DNA of 64,000 bases from Gekko japonicus (GCF_001447785.1 NW_015173676.1:2085-66084), one strand, 5' to 3'. Shown: positions 25,888-37,699, numbered from the stretch's first letter. Numbers and translations are program-made. Notes: generated by a model from the sequence alone, not told the origin.

Positions 25888-26776
25888 GCATTTTTTAAAA
25901 GGCCTGCATGGTTAACAAACAAAGTAATGGAAGCAATAAAAGGTAAGAAGGGCCCCTGCCACACGGCAGGGGAAAAGCCCTTTAAAGCGCGGCTTTTAAA
26001 AGCCGCGCCAACGTTGATACGGCTCGGCGGGATCCCATGGATCCCCCAGCCAAGCCGCCTTTTCTCCCCGGCGCGATCAAACGCCGGAGAGAAAAGACGG
26101 CTCTAACCGGGAGCCTGCCGATCTGCGCATGTCGGAGCATGCGCAGTTCGGCTCCGGCCCGGGCTTGAGCCAGCGCAAGGGAGCGCCGGCGATCAGACGC
26201 CCGGGAAGAGGTGCCTCATCCGTTTGAACCACCGAGGTAGGTGGTTCAGTTTGAGGCGGTTCTTCCCGGGTTTGGGCCAGTTTGGAGGCGGAAGCAGAAC
26301 GCTTCCCAGATGTTGTGGTGTGATCGCGCTGCTTTGATCCGCCTCCAAACTGTCCCGTTCCCGGGCCAAATCGCCTCGTGTGAACGGGGCCAAGGATTCC
26401 TTTAAATGTAGGCCAAGTGAGGTAAATGAATGGGAGCACAGGCTTTTGCAAATAAAATGCAGGTCTGTGATCAGACAGGCAAAAAAGAAGTATGAGAAAC
26501 ATATTGCCAAAAACATAAGGACCTACAATAAAAATTTCTTCAAATAGATTAGAAGCAGAAAACCAGGTCCCTTGGATGACCAAGGGGTGAAAGGATGACT
26601 AAACAATGATAAGGAAATGGCAGAGAAGCTAATGGCAGAGAGCCAGTTTGGTATAGTGGTTAAGTGCATGAACTCAGATGTGAACTGGTGGATCTCCTGA
26701 CAAAAATATGCAATCCATCACTAAAATCTGCCTCCATTCCCAAGGACTGGAAGGCAGCTAATGTAACCTCCATCCT
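25888..26776 (+). mobile_element. CR1 ORF2 internal fragment with a MITE insertion and a SINE-patched deletion
   Basis: Collinear with the reverse complement of about 62425-63045 ([45 protein letters not shown]). Confidence 0.88.
25951..26391. mobile_element. CpG-rich PIF/Harbinger-like MITE (441 bp)
   Basis: TIRs ggcccctgccacacg / cgtgtgaacggggcc; 3-bp TSD AAG; its removal restores the CR1 sequence ggtaagaaggattcc. Confidence 0.85.
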
Positions 26777-26934
26777 ATGACTGATGGGCAGGGGTCGGTT
26801 GGCCCTGGAGCGCACCAGAGCGGCGTTCTGGGAGTGAAGGGCCTAGAGGGTGGGGTGGGCACATGATCAAGCCCCACCCCTTGCTCCAACAACCCTCAGT
26901 CAGCCATGAGGGAGGCAGAAGGACGGTAATTTGC

Positions 26935-27585
26935 TGCCTGCAGAAAGACCTGCAATGGCCGGGCGCCCCCTTCCCCCCCCCGCCACCTCTCTTGGGCCCT
27001 GCACCAGAGAACTGGGCTTGAGAAAGGCCTGCAAAGGCCAAGCACCCTCCCCTTCCTGCTGCTGCCCTTACTGCCTCTCTCAGGCCCTGCTCCAGAGCAC
27101 CGGGCCTGAGAAAGGCCTGCAAAGGCCGGGCACCCCCCTTCCACCGCCGCCACTGCTGCTGCTTCTCTTGGGTCCTGCGCCAGTGTGTGTGGGGGGGGCT
27201 GGCAGGGACTGTTCGGATGGGTGGGTGGCCAGGAGCGGACTGGCGGGGATTGTTTCTTGGGGGGTGGGGGGTGGTCTCCAGAAGGCTGGGAAGGAGAGAG
27301 AGGCGAGCTCACTGCCTCTGCCTGCTCTATGCCCAGCTCGCCCGCCACTTGCTAGCTGCCGCGTGGCCCCTGGCGCTGCTGCTGCTCCGCTGCTCCTCAA
27401 TGGCGCTCCTGGTGATGTGGTGGGGCAACGCTTCAACTAACCCCAGTGCCAGCCCCGCTGCAGGATGAGGCAGACAACCAGGAGAACATCCTCTCCCAGG
27501 TATGGGAGTAGCAAGCCTCCAGAAGACCAGGAAGGAGAGAGGGAAGCTCACTGCCTCTGTCTGCCCTATGCCCGGCTCACCCGCC
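26935..27585. repeat. GC-rich internal repeats (three copies of an ~85-bp unit, two copies of an ~70-bp unit), probably the body of a non-autonomous DNA element
   Basis: aaaggcctgcaaaggccgggcacccccttcc recurs near 26943, 27022 and 27110; ctccagaag..ggaaggagagag..agctcactgcctctg..tatgccc.gctc.cccgcc occurs at about 27277 and 27517. Confidence 0.7.
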
Positions 27586-27867
27586 GCGGCTCGGTGGCGC
27601 TCCTATTTCTGGATGCCCACGTGGTTGTTCAAGTTGCCCCTGGCTGGATGTGCACCTCTGAGGCTCTCTTGGTTCCGGCTGGAGCGCCGAAGGCTCCTGC
27701 TTGGTAGCGTCAGTTTCCCTGCCTGTCCAGCCCTTTCGTGGCTCTCCTGGCTTTCCCTCCTCCCCACCCCCCTCAATCTGCCTCTTGGATCTCTGCCTCC
27801 GTTTTGATGCAGGTTGTGTTGTCTCTTTCTCCGCCCTCCCTCCAGAGCCCATTCATTCTCTTCTTCC

Positions 27868-28024
27868 NNNNNNNNNNNNNNNNNNNNNNNNNNNNNNNNN
27901 NNNNNNNNNNNNNNNNNNNNNNNNNNNNNNNNNNNNNNNNNNNNNNNNNNNNNNNNNNNNNNNNNNNNNNNNNNNNNNNNNNNNNNNNNNNNNNNNNNNN
28001 NNNNNNNNNNNNNNNNNNNNNNNN
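27868..28024. other. assembly gap (157 N)
   Basis: Run of n characters. Confidence 1.
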
Positions 28025-28070
28025 ATGTCAGCCCTGCCAATGTCTCACTAACGGCAGTAGAAGAACTCAC

Positions 28071-28165
28071 TTGTGTTTGTAGCTGGCTTTGGGCAGATCT
28101 GGAGTGGGAAGACTGAAGCAAAGAGCTCTTCCTTTGAAAGCGGCGGAAAACACTTTCAGAACCAG
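28071..28165 (-). other. candidate exon (95 nt)
   Basis: Acceptor tttacattatcccag|, donor CAA|gtgagt; open frames GSESVFRRFQRKSSLLQSSHSRSAQSQLQTQ and LVLKVFSAAFKGRALCFSLPTPDLPKASYKH; not recognised. Confidence 0.3.
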
Positions 28166-29004
28166 CTGGGATAATGTAAACATTGAAATGTAAATGTTAC
28201 TGTAGAATATGCAAGACTTAGGTTCATATCACCACTTTGCCATGGAGCTCCGTAGGTGGCCTTAGGGCAGTCAGCCTCACCTTACTTCATGAAGTTGTGA
28301 AAATAACATAGGGGCAGGAGAGCCATGCATGCTGCCCTCATCATTTTTGTAGGAAGTATATAGTTTTCCCCACCAGATTAAATCCATTATAAATCTTTTC
28401 TCTTTGTGGTTTCCCCAAAGCTACAAAACCAGGGTAGACCTAGCAGGATGCAGTACATGGTCTGGTATTCCTTATATAACCCAACTGGAGATACACTGCT
28501 GATTTAAACATCTAGGCAGTTGCTAGCCTACCTCTTACCTTATATTTTCACCTTATATTTTCAGATGCATTTTGACACTAATGGTTTCCTAGCCCTTGGC
28601 TTTTGACATGGGTATAGCATAGCAATTTTGCCTGGTTGATATGTCAAAATCATGTTATTGGTATACAGAGAAGTGGCCTTGGGTTGGGGGGGGCACATGC
28701 CCTGAGCACTGGAATTTGGGCGCTTCCAGAGTCAAAGTACCAGTTTTTTCTCTTTGTAATGCTGTGAGGACTGGCTTTTAGCAGCTGATGTGAAATATGT
28801 GGGAGATCCTTATTTCCCCCCACTTCTGTCACTTGTTCCTTTGCTTTGGCTTCCCTACCTTCCCTTCTTCAGGCTCTGTCCCTTGCTTCCCCGCCATTCA
28901 CCATCACTTACTTCCTCTTCCTTGTTAGCTCTACAAAACACACTGTTAAGGCATGGGGGCCTTAATTATGTATAGTGTTTCCTGGACACTCCCAGAACAC
29001 AAAA

Positions 29005-29211
29005 CCCTAGCTTGGTTACCCAAAGGAGTCTCAGAGTCTTTTACAATCTCCTTTCCCTTCTCCTCCAAACAACAGACACCCTGCGAGGTAGGTGGGGCTG
29101 AGGGAGCTCTTTCAAGGACTGCTCTGACAGAACTATGGCTTGTCCACAGTCATCCAGCAGCTGTAAATGGAGGAGTGGGGAGTCAAAGTCAGTTCTCCCA
29201 GATTAGAGTCT
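29005..29211 (-). mobile_element. tRNA-derived SINE (gecko-type), minus copy
   Basis: Reverse complement matches the copy at 29212 (gactctaatctgggagaac..cccacctacctc.cagggtgtctgttg..ggagattgtaa..tgagactcctttggg). Confidence 0.85.
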
Positions 29212-29495
29212 ACACCAGTTTGGTGTAGTGGTTAAGTGCACGGACTCTAATCTGGGAGAACCAGGTTTGATTCCCCACTCCTCCACTTGTACCTGGCTGG
29301 ATGACCTTGGGCAAGCCATAGTTCTGATAAGAGCTGCTCTTGAAAAAAAAGCAGTTTCTGTCAGAGCTCTCTCAGCCCCACCTACCTCACAGGGTGTCTG
29401 TTGTGGGGAGGGGAAGGGAAAGGAGTTTGTAAGCTGCTCTGAGACACCTTTGGGTAGTGAAGGCCAGGGCATAAATCCAATCTCTTCTTCTTCAT
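29212..29495 (+). mobile_element. tRNA-derived SINE (gecko-type), near full length
   Basis: Pol III box A tggtgtagtggtt, box B ggtttgattcc, and (TCT)n tail. Confidence 0.9.
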
Positions 29496-29873
29496 TTCTT
29501 ACCGGAGTTATCTCTACCGTTGTGTTGAAATGGTTGCTTAGAGCATTAAAAGCCTGGTATGCCCCCAAAAAACCCTTTGCCCCCCCCCCCAAACGTGGGA
29601 GATAATCTGGGCTTCCAGGGTGGTGTATCAAGAGTTACAAAATGGTCATTATTGGTGGACAGACTGGGTAAAAGAAACTCCTGCCATAGCTGTTCCTAGG
29701 GCAGAGCTACAGAGGACCCTTTGGGTTCTGTAGGGTGACAGCTTCAATAGGCTTGGCTTACTGACAGTGCATCCTACTAAGTAATTGTTCAGTCCTCAGT
29801 AGAGTTGTGCCATCCTCAACCACTGTCTTCAGTGGGTTTAGAAAGATATAACTCTGTACAGGATTGCACTGTT

Positions 29874-30063
29874 TTGAAGCAGTTTTTCTCCAGGTAGGCT
29901 TGCCAGCTCTGAGTTGGGAAATACCTGAAGATTTTTGGGGTGGAGCCTGAGCAGTGGGTGCTGCCTTCGGATAAACTTCTGGTGATGTCAGGGGGTGTGG
30001 CATATGCAAAAAAAGTTATGCTAATGAGCTCCTGCACCTCTTTTTCTACAAAATGACCCCTGC
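29874..30063. mobile_element. hAT MITE fragments
   Basis: taggcttgccagc start (TAGGGTTGCC family) fused to a second MITE end, ..tttttctacaaaatgacccctgc. Confidence 0.5.
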
Positions 30064-30073
30064 TGATGGGCAA

Positions 30074-30350
30074 ATTAAAAACTGACAAAATCACCAGGCC
30101 CAGATGGCATACATCCAAGAGTTCTGAAAGAACTCAAATGTGAACTTGTGAATCTCCTGACAAAAATATGCAATCTATCACTAAAATCTGCCTCCATTCC
30201 TGTTGGAGGGCAACAGTGCGAGTGCTTCTGGAGTTCTGGCCCCACTAGTTGACCTCCTGATGGCATCTGGGTTTTGGCCACTGTATGACACAGACTGGAT
30301 GGGACATTGGCCTAATCCAGCATGGCTTCTCTTATGCCCTTATGTTCTAT
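30074..30350 (+). mobile_element. bipartite CR1 fragment (short ORF2 piece joined directly to the 3' UTR)
   Basis: [38 protein letters not shown], then directly the 3' UTR ending cttatgttctat. Confidence 0.85.
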
Positions 30351-31149
30351 GGTGTTTTTCACATGTACATTTAATGTACATATGCTCCAGGAATCCTTGT
30401 TTAGTGGGAAAGTCCTAATGGCGTATCTTAACATCTGGAACACGCAACACAAATTCTGCTTTGTAACAGCAGGAACACTCCAGCAGAGAGCAAACCAAGC
30501 CACACAGGTAACAAAATGGATATGTACCATCTTTAGATTAAGGAAGGGGATTTGCAGTGTCAACTGGAAATTTAAGTCTGTGACCATGCCACATGTGACA
30601 GAAGGGAGGTGTGTGGGAAGTCCCAACAGCCTGATTCAGAGCTCTGACCCCTGAAAACTACAGATTCCTGGTAATGTTGCTAGTCCACAAAATAGCCAGA
30701 TAATGATGGTAGCTCTTAACTATAGCAAAAGGAAGTACTACTTCTTTGAGGTACTACCCAGTGTGTCTCCTGGTTCACAAGGGAGTGAGCTTGTGAGTGG
30801 AGGAAGGCAGATCCTCAAGTTTCTCAATGTAAACATAATTCAGATGGAGACTAGTAGACACGTTATGTTTTTTCCAAACAGGAGAATCCAAATGTCAGTA
30901 TCAGCATAACAAATTCTGCAGCAGTCTCTCCAGCCTCTTAACTTTGCATATCGAACATGTAGAGGGATTCAGATAATATAACAGAATGGAATCTATTTTG
31001 CCTGGTGACAGTATAGCTGATTATTATACACAATCCCAGTTTTCTATTAATGCTGTTACTTAAGAAGAACCTTACTTCAGAGCAGCATGTTTTGTATGCC
31101 CACGCTGGGATCTAAAAATATCACCTGAAATTTTCAGCATTAATAAACA

Positions 31150-31222
31150 AGTGACACTTTAAAGACCAACAACATTTTATATAAGGATAAGTTTTTGTGA
31201 CTAGAGCCACTTCTTCAGATGC
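31150..31222 (-). mobile_element. Penelope-like terminal remnant with a degenerate hammerhead motif
   Basis: Reverse complement gcatCTGAAGAagtggctctagtcacAAAAacttatcc; homologous to 34640-34750, with the GAAA box mutated. Confidence 0.6.
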
Positions 31223-32762
31223 AATTTACAATCTATCATTATTAGTAATTTTAACATAATACATTTTGTTCGACTTTAGGGGCTGATGATTGTTTCACAC
31301 TGTGACATATGTAATTCAGGTCATCAGCTTGGATTCCATCTAGAATTCCTATGGGCACAAGGAGGGAGGGCAATCTTGCTGATTCCCTCCTCCCTTAGAA
31401 GCCCCAAATACTCCCTGAAATGTTGTTCCTGGGGTACAGTAAACCTCCAGGAATAGCTGGGGATTCAGAGGTCTCATGAAGGGGAGGGAACCAGTGAAAC
31501 TCATGTCACTCTTCACATCCATAGAAATTTTAGGTGGGATGCAGGCCTGTCTCTGCAGCCCATGTAGTATGCTGTAGTGAATGAGATCATATAATCACTG
31601 CACTTGGACTGCATCTGAATCTCTTGTTTCATGGTCTTACACTATAGTAGTTTCCTGCTTCAGTGGGAACAATTCAATACCAAGCATGCAACTCAGTATT
31701 AGGCTGATTTGAGACAGAGGTGAGGCAAGACACTGCTTTTGCTTTGTGATTCAGAAAAGCACATGGATTAAGCATGGCCATAGTAAATAGTTGCACAGAA
31801 CTGTATTTCCATTGTAACCACCATTGTTCTGCAGAGGTTTGACTGGATCTTGATTGGTTCTTGGTGGCTTTTACCAGCTTTTACTTCACTATTGTTCTTC
31901 CTTCTTTTGACCGAGAGCTCTTTGCCACCTAGTCAACAGGTGTCCAGCTCCTTCTCTCCACTGCCCTGTCTAGATGCATGTAAGGGAAGTGTGGCCTGAA
32001 CAGATTTCTACCATTGTTGTCATATGGGCATGGTCCTGTGAACTAAGACTCTGATTTATTTAGTGTAGATGAACTCTAGTTGCCCTTGTGGTATCCTTAT
32101 CATGTCAGTGGAACATAATAATGATTAACTATGCTGTGTTCTGTGTCTGCCATAAAGAATTTTAGTAAAGTTACTGACTGTATATTTGGTTGTGTTTTCT
32201 ACATGCACCCATATATTTTACTACAGATTGAGATGAAATTTTAATAACCCTGAAATATAAATGATAAGAATGTAAGTCATTTGGGTGGCCAGTTCCTATT
32301 AAATAATAAACCACATATTCACATTAACTAGACTAGTACAGATGATGAACTGCTGAATTACAGTAAAGAATGAAAGTTTTATACAGTGTATTGACTTAAT
32401 TACTATGAATATGAAAAGACCATTATTCTTGTTGTACAACAGCAGTACAACAGCAAGACTTTCTGTAAGGGTAATAACATTAATGTTAACTGAGTCTAAA
32501 TTAAAGGTGATAGTTCAGATATAAGTCTATTTTAGAGTGAGAGGAGTATTAATTGTTAGACCTGCTTCATCCTGCTTTGACATCAACATTGTGAGAGAAT
32601 GCATAGAAAACTGAATATTAGTTCTAATTTAACATTTTTCTTTACAAGACAACCTGAGAGCCAGTGTGATGTACTGGTTTGTGTGTCAGGTGAAGGCTGG
32701 GAAGACCTGGGTTCAGCTCCCCAATTTGCCATGAAATTCACAGGCTGATGTTGAGTTAGACA

Positions 32763-33262
32763 GGCTGCGGTCACACGGAGCATTAGCCATGCTACAGAAA
32801 CGGAAGATAGGCGGATTTTCCGGGCGCGATCAAACCGCAACATCTGAGAAGCATAGAGCTCTCATGGCAAACCCAAGGCTTCCCGCCGAAGATGCGTGAT
32901 AAAAAACTAGTACCTCTGAGGTACTAATTTCCGGAAGCCGTGGGGCAAGGGCGGGCGTCTGATCACGTTTCTGGTGGTAGCTCGTGGCATCCGGCGCCCG
33001 CCCATGTCCTGTTGCGAAAAGGATTTTTTTCCAAGTCTCCACGGGATGCGCAGAAGCACCCAACGGCGCATGCGCACATTTTGGTTAAACCCCCCCCACA
33101 ACCTCTGCCACGCTGCTTTTTTGCTGCACCGCAGGATTGACGTATGATTGGCACCTCCCCCTGAACCATGGGACGTTGGCTGGACGTTTGATCTGGCGGT
33201 CGCACGGTAGTTCGCTCCGGGGCAACCAGCCATGCCCCCCCCCCGCGATATCCGGGGCCTGT
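32763..33262. mobile_element. CpG-rich MITE-like insertion in a SINE
   Basis: Abrupt CpG-rich block starting ggctgcggtcacac (Harbinger-like TIR); it splits a degenerate tRNA-SINE (32658-32762 and 33263-33370); no clear right TIR. Confidence 0.55.
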
Positions 33263-33569
33263 ACACACTGTCTCATTCTAATCTACCACACAGAGTTGTG
33301 AGGAAAAAATACAGGAGAAGAACTACAGATGCCACCTAAGTTCCTTGGAGAAAAGACAAGATAAAAATGTATTAGATAGATATTTTGGTTACTGAGCACA
33401 TGTAAATATTTATGATAGAGTTTGCTGATCACGCTTAAACAGTTTAAACATGTACATTGGCAGGAAAAATCGTGTTGTTTTCCTCCCTAGAACATCAGCA
33501 TTCAGGTTCCTTTTCCTTATTTCAACAGGGATCTAAAAAGGATTGCTTGAGGAAAGCATGAAACTAGGC

Positions 33570-34230
33570 TGCTTGTCAGAGGTCTAAACATGAAGCTGAA
33601 GCACAATCCACATAAGACGGAGGTCCTGTTAGTGGGTAGTTTAACTGACCAGGGAGGTAGTATTTAACCAGTTCTGATTGGGTCTGCACTTACACATTTC
33701 ATTGCTTGTGGTTTCTTTTAGATCTGGTTTTATATTGGAGACCCAAGTAACCTTCATTGCACCAAGAGCTTTTTACCAGTACTACGAGCTCTTCATTAGT
33801 TTTCAGTCTGTTGCAGGCAGAATTCAAAATGCTATTCTTGTGCTACAGGACTCTAAACAGATTGAGACCAAGGTATCTGAAAGACTGCCTTTTCCTGAAG
33901 GACTGCCTTTTCCAGCTCATCCTTTGAGATCACTTTCAGAGGTCCTACTCTAACTGTGAGGTTGTATTCCAGACTAGAGCCTTTTCTGGTGTGGCATTCT
34001 AGCTATGATTTTTTAATACTATGAAATGATTCTTGAATGCTACAAAATTCACTGTCGTATAGGCACTGTTAAGTTGTTAATTCTCCAAAGCATTTCACAA
34101 CTTTTTCTGCTGCTTAGAAATTTTAATTTTAGCTGTTTTAATGTTTTTTAACATGCTGTTTTAGTTGTTCTCACTGTTATAACTTGGTCCAAGTTAAAAG
34201 TGGGGGTAGAAAATTTCAAAGTAATGAACT
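33570..34230 (+). mobile_element. degenerate L2 fragment
   Basis: aatccacataagacggaggtcctg (NP.KTEVL), ggagacccaagta, agagccttttctggtgtggca; AT-rich tail. Confidence 0.55.
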
Positions 34231-34639
34231 ACATTAAGGTATCGATGAATTTTCTAATTCTTACTTTTTTGCTACAAAAAATGGCCAAAGTGTAGGGAAA
34301 CCATATAAATCTTTAAAAGTTTCCCAAACAGGCAGTCTTAAGGAAGCCATGTTTTTTACAGTAGGCAGCACACAAATTTCAGACTTTTTCTTTTCTTTTA
34401 ATGGCAGATCTCCCTCTATTTTGTGAGTACACCTAGACTGTTTAAAACACTTCGGGAAATGTATCAGCCATAGTACTAATACATCTAATACTAATTAGTA
34501 CTAATACTACTTAGAACTAAGAGTACTAATATTTCTAATCACCAGAGGTAACATAGAAAATGGAAAGAATGATTGTATGGGAACACTTTGAACACTGAAA
34601 TTGTTATATGAATTCTAAATATAATAGAATTCTGTTTGT

Positions 34640-34750
34640 AGTCCGTTTGTAGCAGTAGAAAAGAGCAAGAATCCAGTAGCACCCTAAAGACTAACAAAAA
34701 TTTTGGCAGGGTATGAGCTTTCATGAGTCACTGCTCACTTCTTCAGATAC
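34640..34750 (-). mobile_element. Penelope-like element terminal repeat fragment
   Basis: Reverse complement ...gaaagctcataccctgccaaaatttttgttagtctttagggtgctactggattcttgctcttttctactgc, a Penelope pseudo-LTR type end carrying a hammerhead core. Confidence 0.75.
34711..34750 (-). ncRNA. minimal type I hammerhead ribozyme motif
   Basis: GUAU-CUGAAGA-aGUGAG-cagUga-CUCAU-GAAA-gc-UC-AUAC: stem I GUAU/AUAC, CUGANGA core, stem II, GAAA box, palindromic AGCU stem III and UC cleavage site. Confidence 0.75.
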
Positions 34751-36159
34751 GTGTTTTACGAATTCCCCTTTCAATATTTGGGACCTTTTGAAATAGACTT
34801 GGACAAGGTGTTAATTGCAGTTAGTGTCACCAAACCAATATATTCAATGCAGAGGACATTTCTGCTCCCCGTGCCTCTTAAGCCCTTATCTTTCCTGTTT
34901 CCACTACCATTTTTTTGTCACTTAGATTTTATGTACTCAGCACACAATAAGTCCACAATAAATTTTAAATGCTAGTGGTCAAAGGTTAAACACTAGTGCT
35001 TCTAGGTTTCAACTTATTGCCATGTAACCATTCCTGCCATTTAAAAATACTGCTCATACCTATGTAAATAGCTACTGTACAAAACTGCAGGAAAGAAATG
35101 TTACTGTATAGTTCACATGACTGCTCCTTGTCAAACACGAGTCATGCTGGCTCTGGTTTCAGTAGTGGTAGTGGTAAAATTCAATAAGTGTTTGCAGGGC
35201 AGCAAAAGCCAGTCAATAGAGAAAGGAGGGGTCAGTTTTCAACCTGAGAGTATATACAGGCTGAGACAGGTCTTATTCAATGACACTTTGTTTACAGCAT
35301 ATGAATTGGAACCAATTTCTATTTCAAAAGGGGTCATTGGATAGTTATAAGGAAACTGTCAAACCAAAGTGATGTGAGTTGTAAACAGATACAATATTCT
35401 TAGTGGATAAACTTTCTTTGCTGCATACTTACATAACAGTCCAAATCGTTCGTTGAATAGAAGCAATTAGCTTTTTTTAAAAAAGTAGCTGAAAAGAGTG
35501 GGTGTGTAAGTTACTGTCAGGCAACAAACTTTTCAGTAGCATCTTAAAAATACTACTAATTAAAGGCAAATAAGAATCATTAATGATGCTTGATAAATTT
35601 TAGAATACTTGATAAACCACAATTATTTGTTTTGAGCAAGCTGACATTCATTTCTGCTTCAAGAGGACCAAAATAACTTATATTTTCCACTGTGAGGTTG
35701 CCTAAATCCCTGTCTTCATTCTGATCAGATAGCTTGGTACATGGCAAAGCAGGCTTTCTGCATTATACAAGGGCAAAATTCTTGTCCCAAGAAAATGCTG
35801 AGGTCACACATTTCAGTCTGAGGGCAGGTAAAGTTTATCTGGAAAGAATGAAGCATCTGCTCTTCGCCAGGAAAATTTTCCCTTTCATTTTACAATGCTC
35901 AAAAGTAAATAACAGAGTGAGCCTATCCTCAAGTGATACTACCTCAGTAGAGATAGGAATGGTCCCAATTTTATCTGTTCCAGCACAGCAGAGTGCTACC
36001 CTGATAGAAAAATTCACACCACATGTATTTTATAAATTAAAATATTTGTAAAAATTAAAAATGTGTCATGCACTTTGGCACATGAGGGGTTAGTTTTGGT
36101 GGTGGTCACTTTTCTCCCTGAAATAAAATCCCACAAGAGTACCAGAATCCAACATCATG

Positions 36160-36395
36160 AGAGCCACTGTGGTGTAGCAGTTAAGAGTGGTAGACTCTAA
36201 TCTGGAGAACTGACTTTGATTCCCCACTCCTCTACATGAAGTCTGCTGGGTGACCTTGGGCCAGTCACAGTTCTGTCAGAACTCTCTCAGCCCTACCTAT
36301 CTCACAAGGTGACTGTTGTGGGGAGAGGAAAGGAAGGAGATTGCAAGCCACTTTGAGACTCCTTAAGGTAGGGGAAACTGGGATATAAAAACCTA
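36160..36395 (+). mobile_element. tRNA-derived SINE
   Basis: gagagccactgtggtgtagcagttaagagtggtagactctaatctggagaac...; same family as 29212. Confidence 0.85.
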
Positions 36396-37699
36396 CTTTA
36401 TGAAATTTCGCCATCCCTCCATTCTGTCAAGAACAGTAATTTTAATGCAGAACACTTTAAAAAACAAGCCAAACCCCACATTTCTGTAAATAATAGTCCC
36501 TTCTGCCTCTCTTCCTTAGCATATACCTTCTGTTGCTGGTTCCTGTGTTACCTCTAATTGTTTCCACTCTTCCTTGAGTTTATGATTAGGAATGGGCGAT
36601 AACCAGGAAAGCGTGGTTTGGTTTGTGCCATGCAGTTTGCAAACCATGGACTGTCACAAACTTTTTTGCACTAGATGAACTGGTTCAATAAGTGAAATTC
36701 ATGATACAGTACTATACCCTCCGTATGCTAGAGGTACGAAACTTACAGGGGATCTCCATCTGACTCTCCTCTACCTGCCCTCCAAGTTTGGTGATGATTG
36801 GATTTACAAGGTTCGAGTTACACCCCCTCCCAAAAGAAAGTGCCTCCAGGAAAGTGCTTTCTGGGGAAATAACAGACACAGGTTCAGGAGGTTAAGGACT
36901 ATTTAGAATGGATTCTTTACAAGTTAGAAATACAAAACTCACAGTGAATTTCCAGATTACTCTCCTCTACCTGCCCTCCAAGTTTGGTGAGGATTGGATT
37001 TAAAGGGTCTGAGTTATGGCCCCTCTAAGAAGGTGCCCCATCCTCTATTGTTTCCAGTGGACTATAGTCAAACCAGAGAATCACTCAGTAGAAATTGAAG
37101 GGGGGGGGGGGCATTTTTATAAGCCCAGCAGAACCAGTGCCACTGTGACATTGCAAACTCAACAGAACTAAGGTCAATCCAAGAAAATGCATTTTGGGGA
37201 AATGTCAGGTCCAGGAATGGACCCCCTGCAAGTTACACACCAAATGCAAACTTCCTCACCATGCCACCTGCACCTCTACAATCTCTCCAAGTTGGGGGCA
37301 GATTAAATTTCTGGGGTTACAGATCTCCAAACGATATCCCCAGTGCTCTCTCTGGAAAAGACAGCTGCAGTTACAGGGGTCTATGGAATGGCTCAGGAAC
37401 AAGCCAGTGACACCAATCTTCCAGGGAAACTTCACCTGGGCAAACTCCCCCCATCCAGACACTGGTAGGAAGGCAAACATTCCCCATATATTTCCATCCC
37501 TCCCCAAGTCTCCAAAGGAAGGTTCTGAAGGACAGAAAAGCAGACATTCCCAGAGTTTTGACAGGTGCTCCCCAAAGTTATGCCACAACAGCTTGGCAGG
37601 CACCCCAGCCCCACCAGACCAGTAGAAATCAAAGTATTAAAGGATAGTGGATGGCAGCAGGTAAATAAAGAAGCTGCTGAGTCCCAATTCCCAAGAAAT

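Noticed and set aside
26775-27867. Many overlapping 100-170 aa ORFs and a CpG-island-like promoter
   Set aside because: Low-complexity Pro/Gly/Ala translations of GC-rich internal repeats; no domain similarity or splice structure.
27603-28121. ORFs spanning the N run
   Set aside because: Artefacts of translating through the assembly gap.
29212-29285. tRNA gene
   Set aside because: A and B boxes are present, but they are SINE heads followed by SINE body and tail, with no cloverleaf.
34474-34540. Repeated tagtactaat motifs
   Set aside because: Short AT-rich low-complexity repeat with no regular period.
35710-36051. 105-aa ORF with a possible donor (gcag|gtaaag)
   Set aside because: Weak acceptor, no recognisable homology, and opposite strand to the other exon candidates.
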